Source of the DNA: Chloroflexota bacterium
GTDB lineage: Bacteria > Chloroflexota > Dehalococcoidia > Lucifugimonadales > Lucifugimonadaceae
Assembly: GCA_022564545.1 (NCBI GenBank)
Contig: JADFLG010000002.1
Location: 203 to 64,202, forward strand
Direction of reading: 5' to 3'
DNA: 64,000 nt
A program made the position numbers and the translations under genes. Below the pieces are notes generated by a model. It was given only the letters and a program-made list of their open reading frames with translations. It was not told the origin of the DNA and made no database searches. Shown here piece by piece: positions 28,182 through 38,127 of this stretch (position 1 is its first letter; the number at the start of each line of letters is the position of its first letter).

Positions 28182-31100
28182 TCATGCCGTGGTCATCCGA
28201 ACAGTCCCATTGCCGAGCAGTTCGTGAAGACGGCCTGTGAGTCGTGCGCCTGCCTGAACACTGAACGGCATGTCGAGCCGGACGATTTTATTGCCAGTCT
28301 CTATTTCCAGTACCGCGGCGTCAGGGCCAGGGAACTCCATGAACAGCTTTACGATATCTTCCAACCGGTATCGGTCGTCGGCAGCGTCGCCGGTTTCTTT
28401 TACGCGCACCTGCATGGGGCCGCCACCAGAGACGGCGTCGCCCCCGGCAATGGCTTCGCCACGGCTGGTTTCGGCCGTTGCCGCGGATTCGGTTGTCAGT
28501 ATGGCTTCCCTTTGGTCTGTGCGATTCTGATGATCCGTAGCGCTCGGGCGATCTAATACTGATCTGCCTTCGCTTACCCGGTGCCGAGTCGGGTCGTCCG
28601 GCATCGACTGTACCGGGTCGTTCAGTACCGGGCGTGGTTCGCTTGCTTCGTTGAACCCGGCCCGGGTAACCGGCGCGGGCTCGTTTTTTGCGGCTTCGGC
28701 ATCCGATTCGACCTGTCCTTGGGCCTTCAGTTGATACTCGTGGGCCTCTTCTACCGAAAGTGACACGCGCCCCATCCGTTCGCGCACCTCGCCCGTGACC
28801 GAGACGAAGCTGCCATTCTCCCAGAGACTTGCAGTTCGTTCCAGGACATTGGGCCAGACGACCATTTCGATATTGCCGTCAAGAAGTGTGAGGTTCAACG
28901 ACAGGAACTTTTCGCCCCGCTTGGTGGTCAGCTCCCGTATGTCGTTCACCTGCCCGAGGGCGGCTCGTTTCTGTCCGCTTATTTTTGCGGTGATATCCGA
29001 AGCGAACACGACGATATTGCCGGGCTGCTGCCGCATTTCTCGTGTGAAAGGACTCTGGGTCAATTCGACTCCAAGGAGGTCGCGTTCCCAGATGACTCGT
29101 TCCTGATCGGTAGTGTCATCATGGCTGGCAACCCCGATCTCGACCATCGGCACGGGAACGGACTCGCCGAGCATGTCGAACATCGAGGTTTGCCCTGACT
29201 CGCGCAGCCTGGTCTGCCTCTGGACCGCCGCGATTATTCGGTCGACCGACTCGAGCAGGTTGCTGCGTCCCCCGAACTGATCGAACGCGCCGACCCGTAT
29301 CAGGCTTTCCAGGGTACGGCGGTTGAGCGACCTGGAATCGACGCGTCGGCAAATGTCTTCGATGTCTTTAAACAGTCCCGCGGCCTCGCGGGCCTCCACT
29401 ATCGGGTCGATCGCGGCCGCCCCGACATTCTTGACTGCGGCGAGCCCGAACCTGATCGCGTCGTTGCCATCGGAGTCTCGTTCGATCGTGAAACCGGCCC
29501 GGGAGTAGTTGATGCTCGGTGGTTTTACCGTAATCCCGAGCCGAATAGCTTCCTGGACGGCCTCGCCGACCTTTTCCGGGTTGCTGGACGCCGAATCGAG
29601 GACTGCCGTGATGTACTCGGTCGGGTTGTTCGCTTTGAAGTAGGCGGTCCAGTATGCGATATATGCGTACGAAACGGCGTGCGCCTTGTTGAAGCCGTAC
29701 CCGGCAAACGGCACCATGAGGTCGAACACGATGTCGGCCTGTTCTTTTGTGTAGCCTTTTTTCAGGGCGCCGGTGACGAATTTTTCGTGTTCTGCGTCCA
29801 TTACCGACGGGATTTTCTTACCCATCGCCTTTCGGAGAATGTCGGCTTCACCCAGCGTGTACCCACCGAAGGCCTGCGCTATCAGCATGACCTGGTCCTG
29901 GTACACGATCACGCCGTAAGTCGGCTCCAGGAGCTCTCGCAGGTCGTCGTGAGGGTAAGTGATCTCGGCCCGACCGTGTTTGGCGTCGATGAACGTACCA
30001 ATATGTTCCATTGGCCCGGGCCGGTACAGGGCGATCATGGCTGCGAGGTCGTCGATCGTGGTCGGCTTCAGTTCCTTGACGTAGCGGCGCATTCCGGCCG
30101 ACTCCAACTGGAAGACTCCGAACGTCTCGCCCTCGCCCAGCAGACGGAACGTCTTTTCATCATCGATCGGAACATCGTAGACGCCTACGTACTCGCCAGT
30201 CGTTTCGGCTATCAGCTTCACGCAACGGTCGAGGATCGACAGGTTTGCGAGGCCCAGGAAATCCATTTTGAGCAATCCGACGTCTGCAACCGGGTTCATC
30301 GAATACTGGGTCGTTGGGCTGGAACCTTCCTTGCCGCTTGTCGACCGCTGTAGCGGCACGTAATCGGTCAGTGGGTTTTCGGAAATGACCACAGCGGCGG
30401 CGTGTGTGCTGGCATGACGGACTGAACCTTCGACACGCTGCGCCATCTCGATCAGGTCCCGGGCGTCTCGGTTGCGGCGGATCTCGCTCTGCATTTCGGC
30501 AGATTCTGCGATTGCGTCCTTCAGCTTGATGTTGAGGGTGTTCGGTACCATGCGGGCGAGTTTGTCGCTCAGTTCAAGCGGCAATGCCAGCGCGCGCGCA
30601 GTGTCGCGGATGGCGGCTTTGGCCCCGAGGGTCCCGAACGTAACTATTTGCGCGACGTGGTCACGACCGTAGTGATCGATGCAGTACTTGATCACTTCTT
30701 CACGGCGGTCGTCGGCAAAGTCCATGTCGATGTCTGGCATTTCCCGCCGCTCGACGTTCAGGAACCGCTCGAAGAACAGATCGGCCGCAACCGGGTCGAT
30801 CTGTGTGACTTCAAGGCAGTACAGGACCAGGCTGGAAGCGGCGGAGCCACGGACAGCCGAGAGAATTCCACGCTCGTTGACGAAGTTGAAGATGTCCCAG
30901 CAAACGAGGAAGTAGTCCGAGAATTTGGTCTCCTCGATGATCCCAAGCTCGTACTCAAGTCGCTCTTGAACTTCCTCACTGGGATTTTCGAACCGTTTCT
31001 TGAGGCCCGCGGAGCAGAGTTCTCGCAGGTATTCCATCGACGGTCTGTTCTGCGGGGTCGGGAAGCGCATCGCGAGGTTGCGACCGAACTCCAGCTCCAA

Positions 31101-31919
31101 CTCGCACGACTCGGCTATCTTCACCGTGTTTTCGAGGGCTTCCGGGATGTGCGACCAGTCTGCGCGCATCTCGTCCGCACTGCGCAGGTAGTACGTGGTG
31201 GCTTCCATGCGAAGCCGTTTGGGGTCCTTCACATTCGAGTTTGTCTGGATGCAGGTGAGAATGTCCTGCGCCTCGTGGTCGTCCCGGCGGACGTAGTGCG
31301 AATCGTTGGTGACGACCAACGGGAGACCGGTCTGTTTGCTCAACTCGACGATGGCGTCATTGACCTCGGCCTGCCCCGGTACATGTTCGTGCATCATCAG
31401 CTCGAGGTAGTAGCGGTCCTGGAACACGTTTCCATACCACTCGAGTGTCTCGCGTGCAGCATCGAGATCGCTCGCCTTGATGTAGCGTGCCAGCTCGCCT
31501 GAAGGGCAACCGGAGAGGACGATCAGGCCTTCCGAGTATTTTTCCAGAAGGTCCCGGTCCATCCTCGGGCGATAGTAAAATCCTTCGAGGTGCGAGGCCG
31601 TGACCAGCTTCAACAGGTTCTGGTAGCCCGTCCTGTTCTGGGCGAGCACCGTAATGTGGAACGGGAAGCGTTTCGCGGGGTTTCGCTCGTCGTGGGGGCC
31701 ATCGGCAACATAACCTTCGACGCCCACAATCGGGTTGATCCCGGCCTTCTTGGCCAACTGGTAAAACTCGATTGCGCCGTGGAGGTTGCCGTGGTCGGTC
31801 AGGGCAATGGCGGGCTGCCCCAGCTCCACCACCCGATTAACCATGTCGCCCAGTCTGCTGAAACCGTCGAGCAGTGAATACTCGGAGTGGTTGTGTAGGT
31901 GGACGAACTGATCGGTCAC
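28182..31919 (-). CDS. dnaE: DNA polymerase III subunit alpha
   Basis: 1245 aa with a GTG start. PHP domain opening MTDQFVHLHNHSEYSLLDG, polymerase core, OB fold and C-terminal domain. Confidence 0.95.
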   Translation of the reverse strand: MTDQFVHLHNHSEYSLLDGFSRLGDMVNRVVELGQPAIALTDHGNLHGAIEFYQLAKKAGINPIVGVEGYVADGPHDERNPAKRFPFHITVLAQNRTGYQNLLKLVTASHLEGFYYRPRMDRDLLEKYSEGLIVLSGCPSGELARYIKASDLDAARETLEWYGNVFQDRYYLELMMHEHVPGQAEVNDAIVELSKQTGLPLVVTNDSHYVRRDDHEAQDILTCIQTNSNVKDPKRLRMEATTYYLRSADEMRADWSHIPEALENTVKIAESCELELEFGRNLAMRFPTPQNRPSMEYLRELCSAGLKKRFENPSEEVQERLEYELGIIEETKFSDYFLVCWDIFNFVNERGILSAVRGSAASSLVLYCLEVTQIDPVAADLFFERFLNVERREMPDIDMDFADDRREEVIKYCIDHYGRDHVAQIVTFGTLGAKAAIRDTARALALPLELSDKLARMVPNTLNIKLKDAIAESAEMQSEIRRNRDARDLIEMAQRVEGSVRHASTHAAAVVISENPLTDYVPLQRSTSGKEGSSPTTQYSMNPVADVGLLKMDFLGLANLSILDRCVKLIAETTGEYVGVYDVPIDDEKTFRLLGEGETFGVFQLESAGMRRYVKELKPTTIDDLAAMIALYRPGPMEHIGTFIDAKHGRAEITYPHDDLRELLEPTYGVIVYQDQVMLIAQAFGGYTLGEADILRKAMGKKIPSVMDAEHEKFVTGALKKGYTKEQADIVFDLMVPFAGYGFNKAHAVSYAYIAYWTAYFKANNPTEYITAVLDSASSNPEKVGEAVQEAIRLGITVKPPSINYSRAGFTIERDSDGNDAIRFGLAAVKNVGAAAIDPIVEAREAAGLFKDIEDICRRVDSRSLNRRTLESLIRVGAFDQFGGRSNLLESVDRIIAAVQRQTRLRESGQTSMFDMLGESVPVPMVEIGVASHDDTTDQERVIWERDLLGVELTQSPFTREMRQQPGNIVVFASDITAKISGQKRAALGQVNDIRELTTKRGEKFLSLNLTLLDGNIEMVVWPNVLERTASLWENGSFVSVTGEVRERMGRVSLSVEEAHEYQLKAQGQVESDAEAAKNEPAPVTRAGFNEASEPRPVLNDPVQSMPDDPTRHRVSEGRSVLDRPSATDHQNRTDQREAILTTESAATAETSRGEAIAGGDAVSGGGPMQVRVKETGDAADDRYRLEDIVKLFMEFPGPDAAVLEIETGNKIVRLDMPFSVQAGARLTGRLHELLGNGTVRMTTA

Positions 31920-32222
31920 AGGCAGTTATTTCGGGAATTTTGGCGGGGTTTTTGAACGGTCATCGGAGCATAGCGTTCCCTCAGTATCGAGTCGAGTCCG
32001 ATTATGGATTTACGCCGACAAAGATAGACTATTTCAGGCCGATCTCGATCGACCGGTGACACCCCGATCGGATGCCAAAATAGAACGGATTGCCCCCGTC
32101 AAACGTTTTCCATTCGAATGAGTCTTCGTTCTGTCGGTGATAGAGTCGAAATGGGTTGATATCCACATCCGGCTGTTGCACAACGGCTGCGAACTGTCGG
32201 CAGGCGACCGCAGGGGAAAGAG

Positions 32223-33017
32223 TTGACTTCAAAAGGCGTTGGCAACGGCCAAAAAATACTCGTGGTTGACGATGAGCACATGTCCGACCTGATGCGTTCG
32301 GTGCTGCGCCGCCTCGAGTCAGACGGGTTCAGACCGATAGTTGTCGCACCTGAGGGTCCCCACGTGAGTGGCGACGATTACGAGGCACAGGCGTTGTTCG
32401 CGATGGAAGACGAGCGGCCTGCGGCGGTCCTGCTCGACGTGAGGTTCGGCGAGTATGACACCGACCGGTTTAAGGGACTGTCGATACTGAAGAAGATCGT
32501 GGACCGCGACAGCAGCATGCCGGTGCTGATGTTCACCCAGTACACGCATGGGCCGTACAGAGATACCGCCGTCATGGCGAGCCTGAACGTGAGTTCATCG
32601 GTAGATTTCATCGACAAGCTGGCGAGTCCGGAAGAGGTTGTGCTGCGGCTGCGTCGGCTGATCGGGAGTGCACCGGAGACCATTAAGATCGGGTCGCTGT
32701 TCGAGATCGACGCACAAAATGCTGCCGTATACGCGATCGACAATGGCAGGCGCGATCTGATTCGAGAAATTCAGGGCATGAAACTCGAAATACTTAACGA
32801 ACTGGCGGCGGCCTTCTTTCGGTCTGAAGGCGAACTCGTTCCGTTCTCCCGACTTGAGCGGTTCTCCGAAGGTGAAGACTCGCGCGCATCCCTCAGGGTG
32901 AGGATCCGCGAACTTAAAGTTGCACTCGGGAATGCAGTTTCTCGGGAATTCGGGGCGACCGAGCTGATAATCAACGTTCGAAACCGTGGATATCGACTGG
33001 TACAGCCAGTCGACTAA
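32223..33017 (+). CDS. response regulator, OmpR/PhoB-type winged-helix output
   Basis: REC residues are ILVVDDE, LLDVRF, MFTQ and FIDK. C-terminal ...INVRNRGYRLV winged helix. TTG start per the track. Confidence 0.8.
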   Translation: MTSKGVGNGQKILVVDDEHMSDLMRSVLRRLESDGFRPIVVAPEGPHVSGDDYEAQALFAMEDERPAAVLLDVRFGEYDTDRFKGLSILKKIVDRDSSMPVLMFTQYTHGPYRDTAVMASLNVSSSVDFIDKLASPEEVVLRLRRLIGSAPETIKIGSLFEIDAQNAAVYAIDNGRRDLIREIQGMKLEILNELAAAFFRSEGELVPFSRLERFSEGEDSRASLRVRIRELKVALGNAVSREFGATELIINVRNRGYRLVQPVD

Positions 33018-33077
33018 CGATGCAAGTACGCGATCTCCTGGGCTGATCAGGCCCCGTGGGCAATCTGGACTGAACTA

Positions 33078-34052
33078 TTGAGCGACCGCTCATCGAAATT
33101 ATTGAGGATTGGTGGGGCGTCACTGGCCGCGATTGGCCTGGTGCTTGTCTTGCTCTCGCCTGTGATCGGGGAGCCAATTTCTCCCGGATCGCTCTGGTGG
33201 ATTGAGCCAGTTGCATACGTTGGCGCCGGGGTATTTTTTCTCGGTGCGATCGCTTCGTTTGTATCAATTCAGCTGGCATCACGCCGAGAAAAGCACGGCG
33301 CAGACGACCGTAGCTGGAGCCAGGTCACGCAAGACTACTTCGACACATTCGCCCATGACATGGGTCGTCCGCTGCGGAGGATCCTGGGCAAGCAGCGCGA
33401 GGTCCGGGCCCTGCTCAACGAAACCGGTGAGACCACTCCCAGGATGGTTACAGAACTGCTTGACGAGATCGAGCAGCAGGCACCTAACTTCAGGTTGATG
33501 ATTGAGAACGTGCGTGTGCTTGTCGACCTCGAAGACGAGTATGCGCAGCCCGCGGTTGAGCCGGTTGATGCGGCCGCGGTTATCCTCAACATCGCAGACC
33601 GCTACTTGCCCATTGCGCGGGAACGCGGTCTGGACCTGGTGTGGTGGTGTGAGCCGGGCGAGTTTGGACTGGTTTACACCGATGCTTCTGCCCTCGACCA
33701 TGTAGTGACAAACCTCGTCGATAACGCGACCAAGTTCGCCGACGGGCAGATTGAGATTCGATTGACCCGCAACGATGCTCACTTCCTCGTAAGGGTTTGG
33801 GACGATGGCCCGGGCATTGCCGAGTCGCACCTGGTGCACGTATTCGACCGCGGCTGGACTCCGGAGCTTTCGGCCAGAAGAGAGAAGCAGAGCTCAGGAT
33901 TGGGGCTGTTCATAGCCAGTTCGCTTTCCGAGCGCTGCGGAGGCGACCTCCTGGTCGAATCGAGGCAGTCGACCGGCGATGAAGCGAACGACCACCACAC
34001 GGCATTCACTCTGTCGCTGCCTCTCGACAATCGGCCTGCAGCTGCCAAATGA
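33078..34052 (+). CDS. sensor histidine kinase, intramembrane-sensing architecture
   Basis: Two N-terminal TM helices are separated by about 10 residues. H-box FAHDMGRPLRRI. ATPase boxes DNATKFA, WDDGPGI, GLGLFIA. Confidence 0.85.
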   Translation: MSDRSSKLLRIGGASLAAIGLVLVLLSPVIGEPISPGSLWWIEPVAYVGAGVFFLGAIASFVSIQLASRREKHGADDRSWSQVTQDYFDTFAHDMGRPLRRILGKQREVRALLNETGETTPRMVTELLDEIEQQAPNFRLMIENVRVLVDLEDEYAQPAVEPVDAAAVILNIADRYLPIARERGLDLVWWCEPGEFGLVYTDASALDHVVTNLVDNATKFADGQIEIRLTRNDAHFLVRVWDDGPGIAESHLVHVFDRGWTPELSARREKQSSGLGLFIASSLSERCGGDLLVESRQSTGDEANDHHTAFTLSLPLDNRPAAAK

Positions 34053-34081
34053 TAGCGGTGCGATGCAGGTCACAAGCGAGC

Positions 34082-34615
34082 ATGGGATTTTTTAGAACCG
34101 GCTTCGCAGTGTTGGTGTTGGCACTGATCGTACCCGTGGTTACCGGCTGCGTAGAAAGTCGTGCCCGGCAAACCCCCGTGCCCCCAACGTCGATTGCGAC
34201 TGCGACCGCAGTTCCTGTCGTGCCGACTGTGACCGCAACTCCGGCTCCCGTTCCAACTGCCACACCGTTGCCGACCGCAACAGTGACTCCTGTACCGACC
34301 GCGACGCCGACTCCCGAGCCCACTCCAACTTCTACGCCGCGGTCAGTGACTTTTAACCTGGCGCTCGACTTTGAGGGAATTGGCGATGAAAGCGTAGTCC
34401 GCAGCGACACGGTCCTGCTGCGAGGACGCACCACCCCTGACGCGATTGTCAGCGTGAACGGTGTGATTATCCCAGTTCAGGCCGATGGAACGTTCGAACT
34501 GACGCTGGCGCTTGATCCCGGGCCGAACCTGATCGAGATAGTGGCCAGCGACCTTGACGGCAACTCGGTAAGTTCGTCCCTGGCGATCATCTCGATTCCT
34601 GAGGACTCTCCATGA
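34082..34615 (+). CDS. lipoprotein with Pro/Thr-rich linker and C-terminal beta-rich domain
   Basis: MGFFRTGFAVLVLALIVPVVTGC lipobox, then a ~55-aa P/T/A/V linker, then a ~80-aa domain (IVSVNGVIIPVQADGTFELTL...). The track ORF starts at 34049. Confidence 0.7.
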   Translation: MGFFRTGFAVLVLALIVPVVTGCVESRARQTPVPPTSIATATAVPVVPTVTATPAPVPTATPLPTATVTPVPTATPTPEPTPTSTPRSVTFNLALDFEGIGDESVVRSDTVLLRGRTTPDAIVSVNGVIIPVQADGTFELTLALDPGPNLIEIVASDLDGNSVSSSLAIISIPEDSP

Positions 34616-34734
34616 TGAATCGAGATGGGCGAGCAGGGCATTTTACGTGGAATCGTAGTAACACAATCGTAACGACGATTACCTCACTGTTTAACAGTTG
34701 GGATCAATCTCAACGCATTCGACTGAATCAGGGT

Positions 34735-37700
34735 ATGTTCAGACAACTTCGGACCCGAACGAACAGGTTGGTGCGCCTACTGGTGGCCGGTCTTTTCGCG
34801 TTCGTCGTTATTTCCGGTGCGCTGGGCGCCGAAGCGGCCAACGCCGATGCTGGCTCGGCTCCCGGTTCGGCTGGCATCGAGGCCGTTTTCGGGACCGCAG
34901 TCGAGGTGAGGCCGCCCGATGCAATCGTCGTGGCGACCAGTGCAGGTCTGCTGACTCTGAATTTCGATGACCTGTCAGAGTTAAAAATCGGTTCGAATGT
35001 CGCCTCGGTCGCAGATGTCGTCGAAGGCGATAGAGTCATATCCACTGCCAGGCGCAACGCCGCAGGCGACCTGATCGCTCTGAGAACTATCATCCAGATA
35101 GCAAATTCTCAGTCGATTACGAAGCATATTGTCGGTGTGGTGACCGACGCCACGGATGACGAGCTCTCAATCCAAACCCGAAATGGCGACGTGGTGCTGG
35201 TCCTGATCTCAGCAGGCGTCGATGCACCAAGCGTTGGCGATGGAATAACGCTGGTGGCACGGCTCGACCGGTCGAGCGGAGTGCTGACGGCACGTGGGTT
35301 CGAATTGACAAGCAAGACTGTCGAACGCCTCGAAGATGCGCGGGACCGTGCCGCTGACCAGGCAGAAAAAGAGCGCCTTTCGCTGATCGCAATCGACGCT
35401 CGAAGCAAACATCTGAGTGCTCTGGACGACGCGGCGCGTGCCCTCCAGCGGGTGATCGATGCCGGACGTGTCGACCGTGCGGCGCTCGATCGTGCTGCGA
35501 GCAGGATTGACAAAATTCAGCGACGGTTCATCGAGCTAAAGCGCATTTATGACCGTGCCGCTCTCGAACGCAATGAAGAGTTGCCCCTTCTGACCCTTTC
35601 AGGTGCCCTGGTAGAGGAAATTGGCGAGGCCCCTTTCACGATCGTCCCGAGAGGTGAACAGGACGCCGACCCGTTCTCGGTGAAATTCTTGTTCGATCCA
35701 GAGGTCACCACGGTGTCGATTCCTGATGACTGGCCTGGTTTGACACTCGTCGACGCTGAACGCCCGCTTTTACTGGCCGATGTGAGCCGGCTGATTAGCC
35801 CTGGCAGTGAACTCGATGTGAAGTATTCGATTGAAGACGGGAAGAGGTCGGCAGTGTCGGTCGTGGTTCGTCCTCCGAGGCTGTATGAGGAGCTCGAAGC
35901 GGTTATCAATAACGAAGCCCACCGAGCGTTCCACGGTGTCGTAACGCTGGTCGAGATCGACGATTCCCTGGAAGGCGCAATCGGGATCGTTATCGCTGCA
36001 AATGAAAGCCAGGGCATCAAGGTGGCGGCGAAGGTCACGGAGGAAACTGAGGTTACGCTCGACGGTGAAACTTCGGATATTTCTTCGCTTGCAACAGGCC
36101 AGGCAGTCGACATCCAATTCGAGTCGTCGGACCTCAGTTCGCTTTCTGATATCACTGCGTCGAGGGTTACTTTGCGGGCCCTGGCGATTCGGGCACGCAC
36201 ATCGACCCCCGTTGCGGAAAAGCATATTTCCGGAATCGTGGAATCGGTCGACGTTGAAGCATCGGCAATCACGATCAGACCGATCGACGGTTCTCCAATT
36301 GTGCTGAAGGTCGGTGAACGGGTGCCAACGGTTCGAAACGGTCGGCCGGTTCGACTGGCTGATATCAGCGAGGGCGATCTTGTGATAGACGCCACGCGGT
36401 TCGACCCGGTAACGGAAACGTTGACCAGACTGGTCACCGTCGCTCGCACAAATGTGAACTTTGCAGGGACGATCACAGGTATCGGACAAGAACCCGCCCG
36501 GTTGCTTGTGACCGGTGAAAACGGACGGTCTATCAACGTGCTGGTGACCGCGGATACGTGGCTCGTCCTCGACGGTCGTCGAGTTGATTTCGATCACCTC
36601 GTGGCCGGTCTGAGAGTTGTAAACGGCGTCTACTCGGTCGCCGGGCGAAGCGGTGCGTTCTACAACGTGGCGGTTATCGTTTCTGTCGAGTCTCCGAAGG
36701 TTGGCCGGGCAACTGGAATTATCACCAATGTCAACGTGTTGGCGGGGTCGCTGACCGTATTGTCGGGCAAATCGATCGAGACCCGACTCCTGCGGCTGCA
36801 TTTGCCTGAACTGCCCCGTGCCGACAGTTTGCAGAAGGACGGTCTCCCAATTGAGTCTTTGCGGGACGTCCAACGGGGCGACCGCATCGACATAGTTGTT
36901 TATGTAATCGAGACAGGACTGGTCAAAGAACTGTCGGTGGTTTCCGATAACTTCATCCGTTCGCGCGGGACGCTGCTGGAAGTTTCTTCAAATTTGCGGT
37001 TTGTAGTGGTGGAACTCTCCAATGGCGATGTGTTCGAACTGTGGGTCGGCCCTGAATCTGTCGTTAAGCTAAACGGCCGTCGCGTCCGGTCTCTTTCGGC
37101 TGTTGCAGACCTGCTGACCATTTCAGGAACCGCAGGCGCGGATGTCGTTGCCCTGGTCCCCGAAGCGTTGTTCATTAGAGATTCTCTGGACTCTGACCAG
37201 GGCGTCATTATTTCGGTGCAAATCCAGATAAAAGTGGACTCCGGTCGAGTTGGGGGAAGCGGCAATGCCGATAATCCGGTGGTCGAAGTTATTATCTCCG
37301 GAGTGATCGAGGCAATTCACGGCCAGACATGGGTAATCGACGGTCATGTTTTCTTCGTCGATGACAGCACCGAGTTTCTTGGTGAAGACCCAGAAGTCGG
37401 ACTGGTAGCCAAGGCAGCCCTGATCAGCAGGCCGGGAAGGATGCTTGTGGCACAGGCCGTGAGCGTGGCGGGTCGTCCCGATGTATCGCCTACCCGCAGG
37501 CCGATCGACGTTCGACCCGACAGCACCGGCTCGAAAGGCGGGGCCGGAGCGGCTAATGGTGGCCCGAATTTCTTTGAATTGCGCGGCGAGATCACCCGGC
37601 TCAACGGCCGCGGGATCGTCGTCGAAACCGTGCAGGTAATCATCGGAGACGAGGTCGAAGTAGACCTTGACCAGCTCAGGGTTGGCGCATTCGTACGTGT

Positions 37701-38124
37701 CAAGGTCAGGCGGACTGCGGATGGGCTGTGGCGTGCCGCGGGGCTTGAAGTGTTGCGACCGGCAAGAAATTTGGATGACCCGCCGGAACCCGATGACACT
37801 GCGCGATCCCCTGAAATCAGTGGCAGCCTGCCGCCCGGGATCGGCGAAATCGTCAAACGATTTGCGGGCGGTCTCGACGAGACTGACGGACCTGTGGCTC
37901 GTCTGGGCGACAACATAGTGATTGTTCCGAGCAGCGTCATTACCTCTGTGCTGCTCAGGGGGACGGCGGACCTGGAATCTCGGTTTAAGGTCACCCTTGT
38001 CAGGCGTTCCGAGTTGTCGGGTGTTGTTGGCCCTCGCCAGGCTGCGCAGCTTGCCGGCAACCGGATCCTGGAGCGCTACACCGACGATTCGACGCACCCG
38101 CTGTACCTGATCGAGTTCCGGTAA
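34735..38124 (+). CDS. large secreted repeat protein (about ten ~65-75-aa beta modules, DUF5666-like, plus a coiled coil)
   Basis: Track ORF 34612..38124. ATG 34735 gives a signal-peptide-like start (MFRQLRTRTNRLVRLLVAGLFAFVVISGALGAEA). Modules recur with the form G-x-[IV]-x-x-[IV]...T[IV]...G-x-x-[IV]-x-[IV]...L-x-x-GD-x-[IV]. The DUF5666 resemblance is from memory and not verified. Confidence 0.75.
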   Translation: MFRQLRTRTNRLVRLLVAGLFAFVVISGALGAEAANADAGSAPGSAGIEAVFGTAVEVRPPDAIVVATSAGLLTLNFDDLSELKIGSNVASVADVVEGDRVISTARRNAAGDLIALRTIIQIANSQSITKHIVGVVTDATDDELSIQTRNGDVVLVLISAGVDAPSVGDGITLVARLDRSSGVLTARGFELTSKTVERLEDARDRAADQAEKERLSLIAIDARSKHLSALDDAARALQRVIDAGRVDRAALDRAASRIDKIQRRFIELKRIYDRAALERNEELPLLTLSGALVEEIGEAPFTIVPRGEQDADPFSVKFLFDPEVTTVSIPDDWPGLTLVDAERPLLLADVSRLISPGSELDVKYSIEDGKRSAVSVVVRPPRLYEELEAVINNEAHRAFHGVVTLVEIDDSLEGAIGIVIAANESQGIKVAAKVTEETEVTLDGETSDISSLATGQAVDIQFESSDLSSLSDITASRVTLRALAIRARTSTPVAEKHISGIVESVDVEASAITIRPIDGSPIVLKVGERVPTVRNGRPVRLADISEGDLVIDATRFDPVTETLTRLVTVARTNVNFAGTITGIGQEPARLLVTGENGRSINVLVTADTWLVLDGRRVDFDHLVAGLRVVNGVYSVAGRSGAFYNVAVIVSVESPKVGRATGIITNVNVLAGSLTVLSGKSIETRLLRLHLPELPRADSLQKDGLPIESLRDVQRGDRIDIVVYVIETGLVKELSVVSDNFIRSRGTLLEVSSNLRFVVVELSNGDVFELWVGPESVVKLNGRRVRSLSAVADLLTISGTAGADVVALVPEALFIRDSLDSDQGVIISVQIQIKVDSGRVGGSGNADNPVVEVIISGVIEAIHGQTWVIDGHVFFVDDSTEFLGEDPEVGLVAKAALISRPGRMLVAQAVSVAGRPDVSPTRRPIDVRPDSTGSKGGAGAANGGPNFFELRGEITRLNGRGIVVETVQVIIGDEVEVDLDQLRVGAFVRVKVRRTADGLWRAAGLEVLRPARNLDDPPEPDDTARSPEISGSLPPGIGEIVKRFAGGLDETDGPVARLGDNIVIVPSSVITSVLLRGTADLESRFKVTLVRRSELSGVVGPRQAAQLAGNRILERYTDDSTHPLYLIEFR

Positions 38125-38127
38125 GGG

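Noticed and set aside
28182-28700. A ~110-aa Ser/Pro/Asp/Ala-rich disordered insert before the last ~75 residues of DnaE, considered as a possible intein or fusion.
   Set aside because: There are no intein blocks (no Cys/Ser-...-HN junctions). The final domain looks like the normal DnaE C-terminal domain, so this is just a linker expansion.
28182-31919. Many long antisense or alternate-frame ORFs inside large genes: 30648..31502 and 29679..30353 in dnaE; 35547..36536, 35770..36873 and 37123..38097 in the repeat protein; 25285..26190 in the transglutaminase gene; 41566..42426 in the kinase.
   Set aside because: These are typical GC-rich shadow ORFs. Each overlaps a gene with clear family motifs and has Arg/Ser/Pro-rich nonsense composition.
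34150-34330. Repetitive ACNCCN/GTNCCN DNA, and the long antisense ORF 34006..34434 that reads as a Gly/Val/Ala/Thr repeat.
   Set aside because: This is low-complexity coding sequence for the Pro/Thr linker of the lipoprotein. The antisense ORF is its mirror image, and it is not a tandem-repeat locus or a CRISPR.
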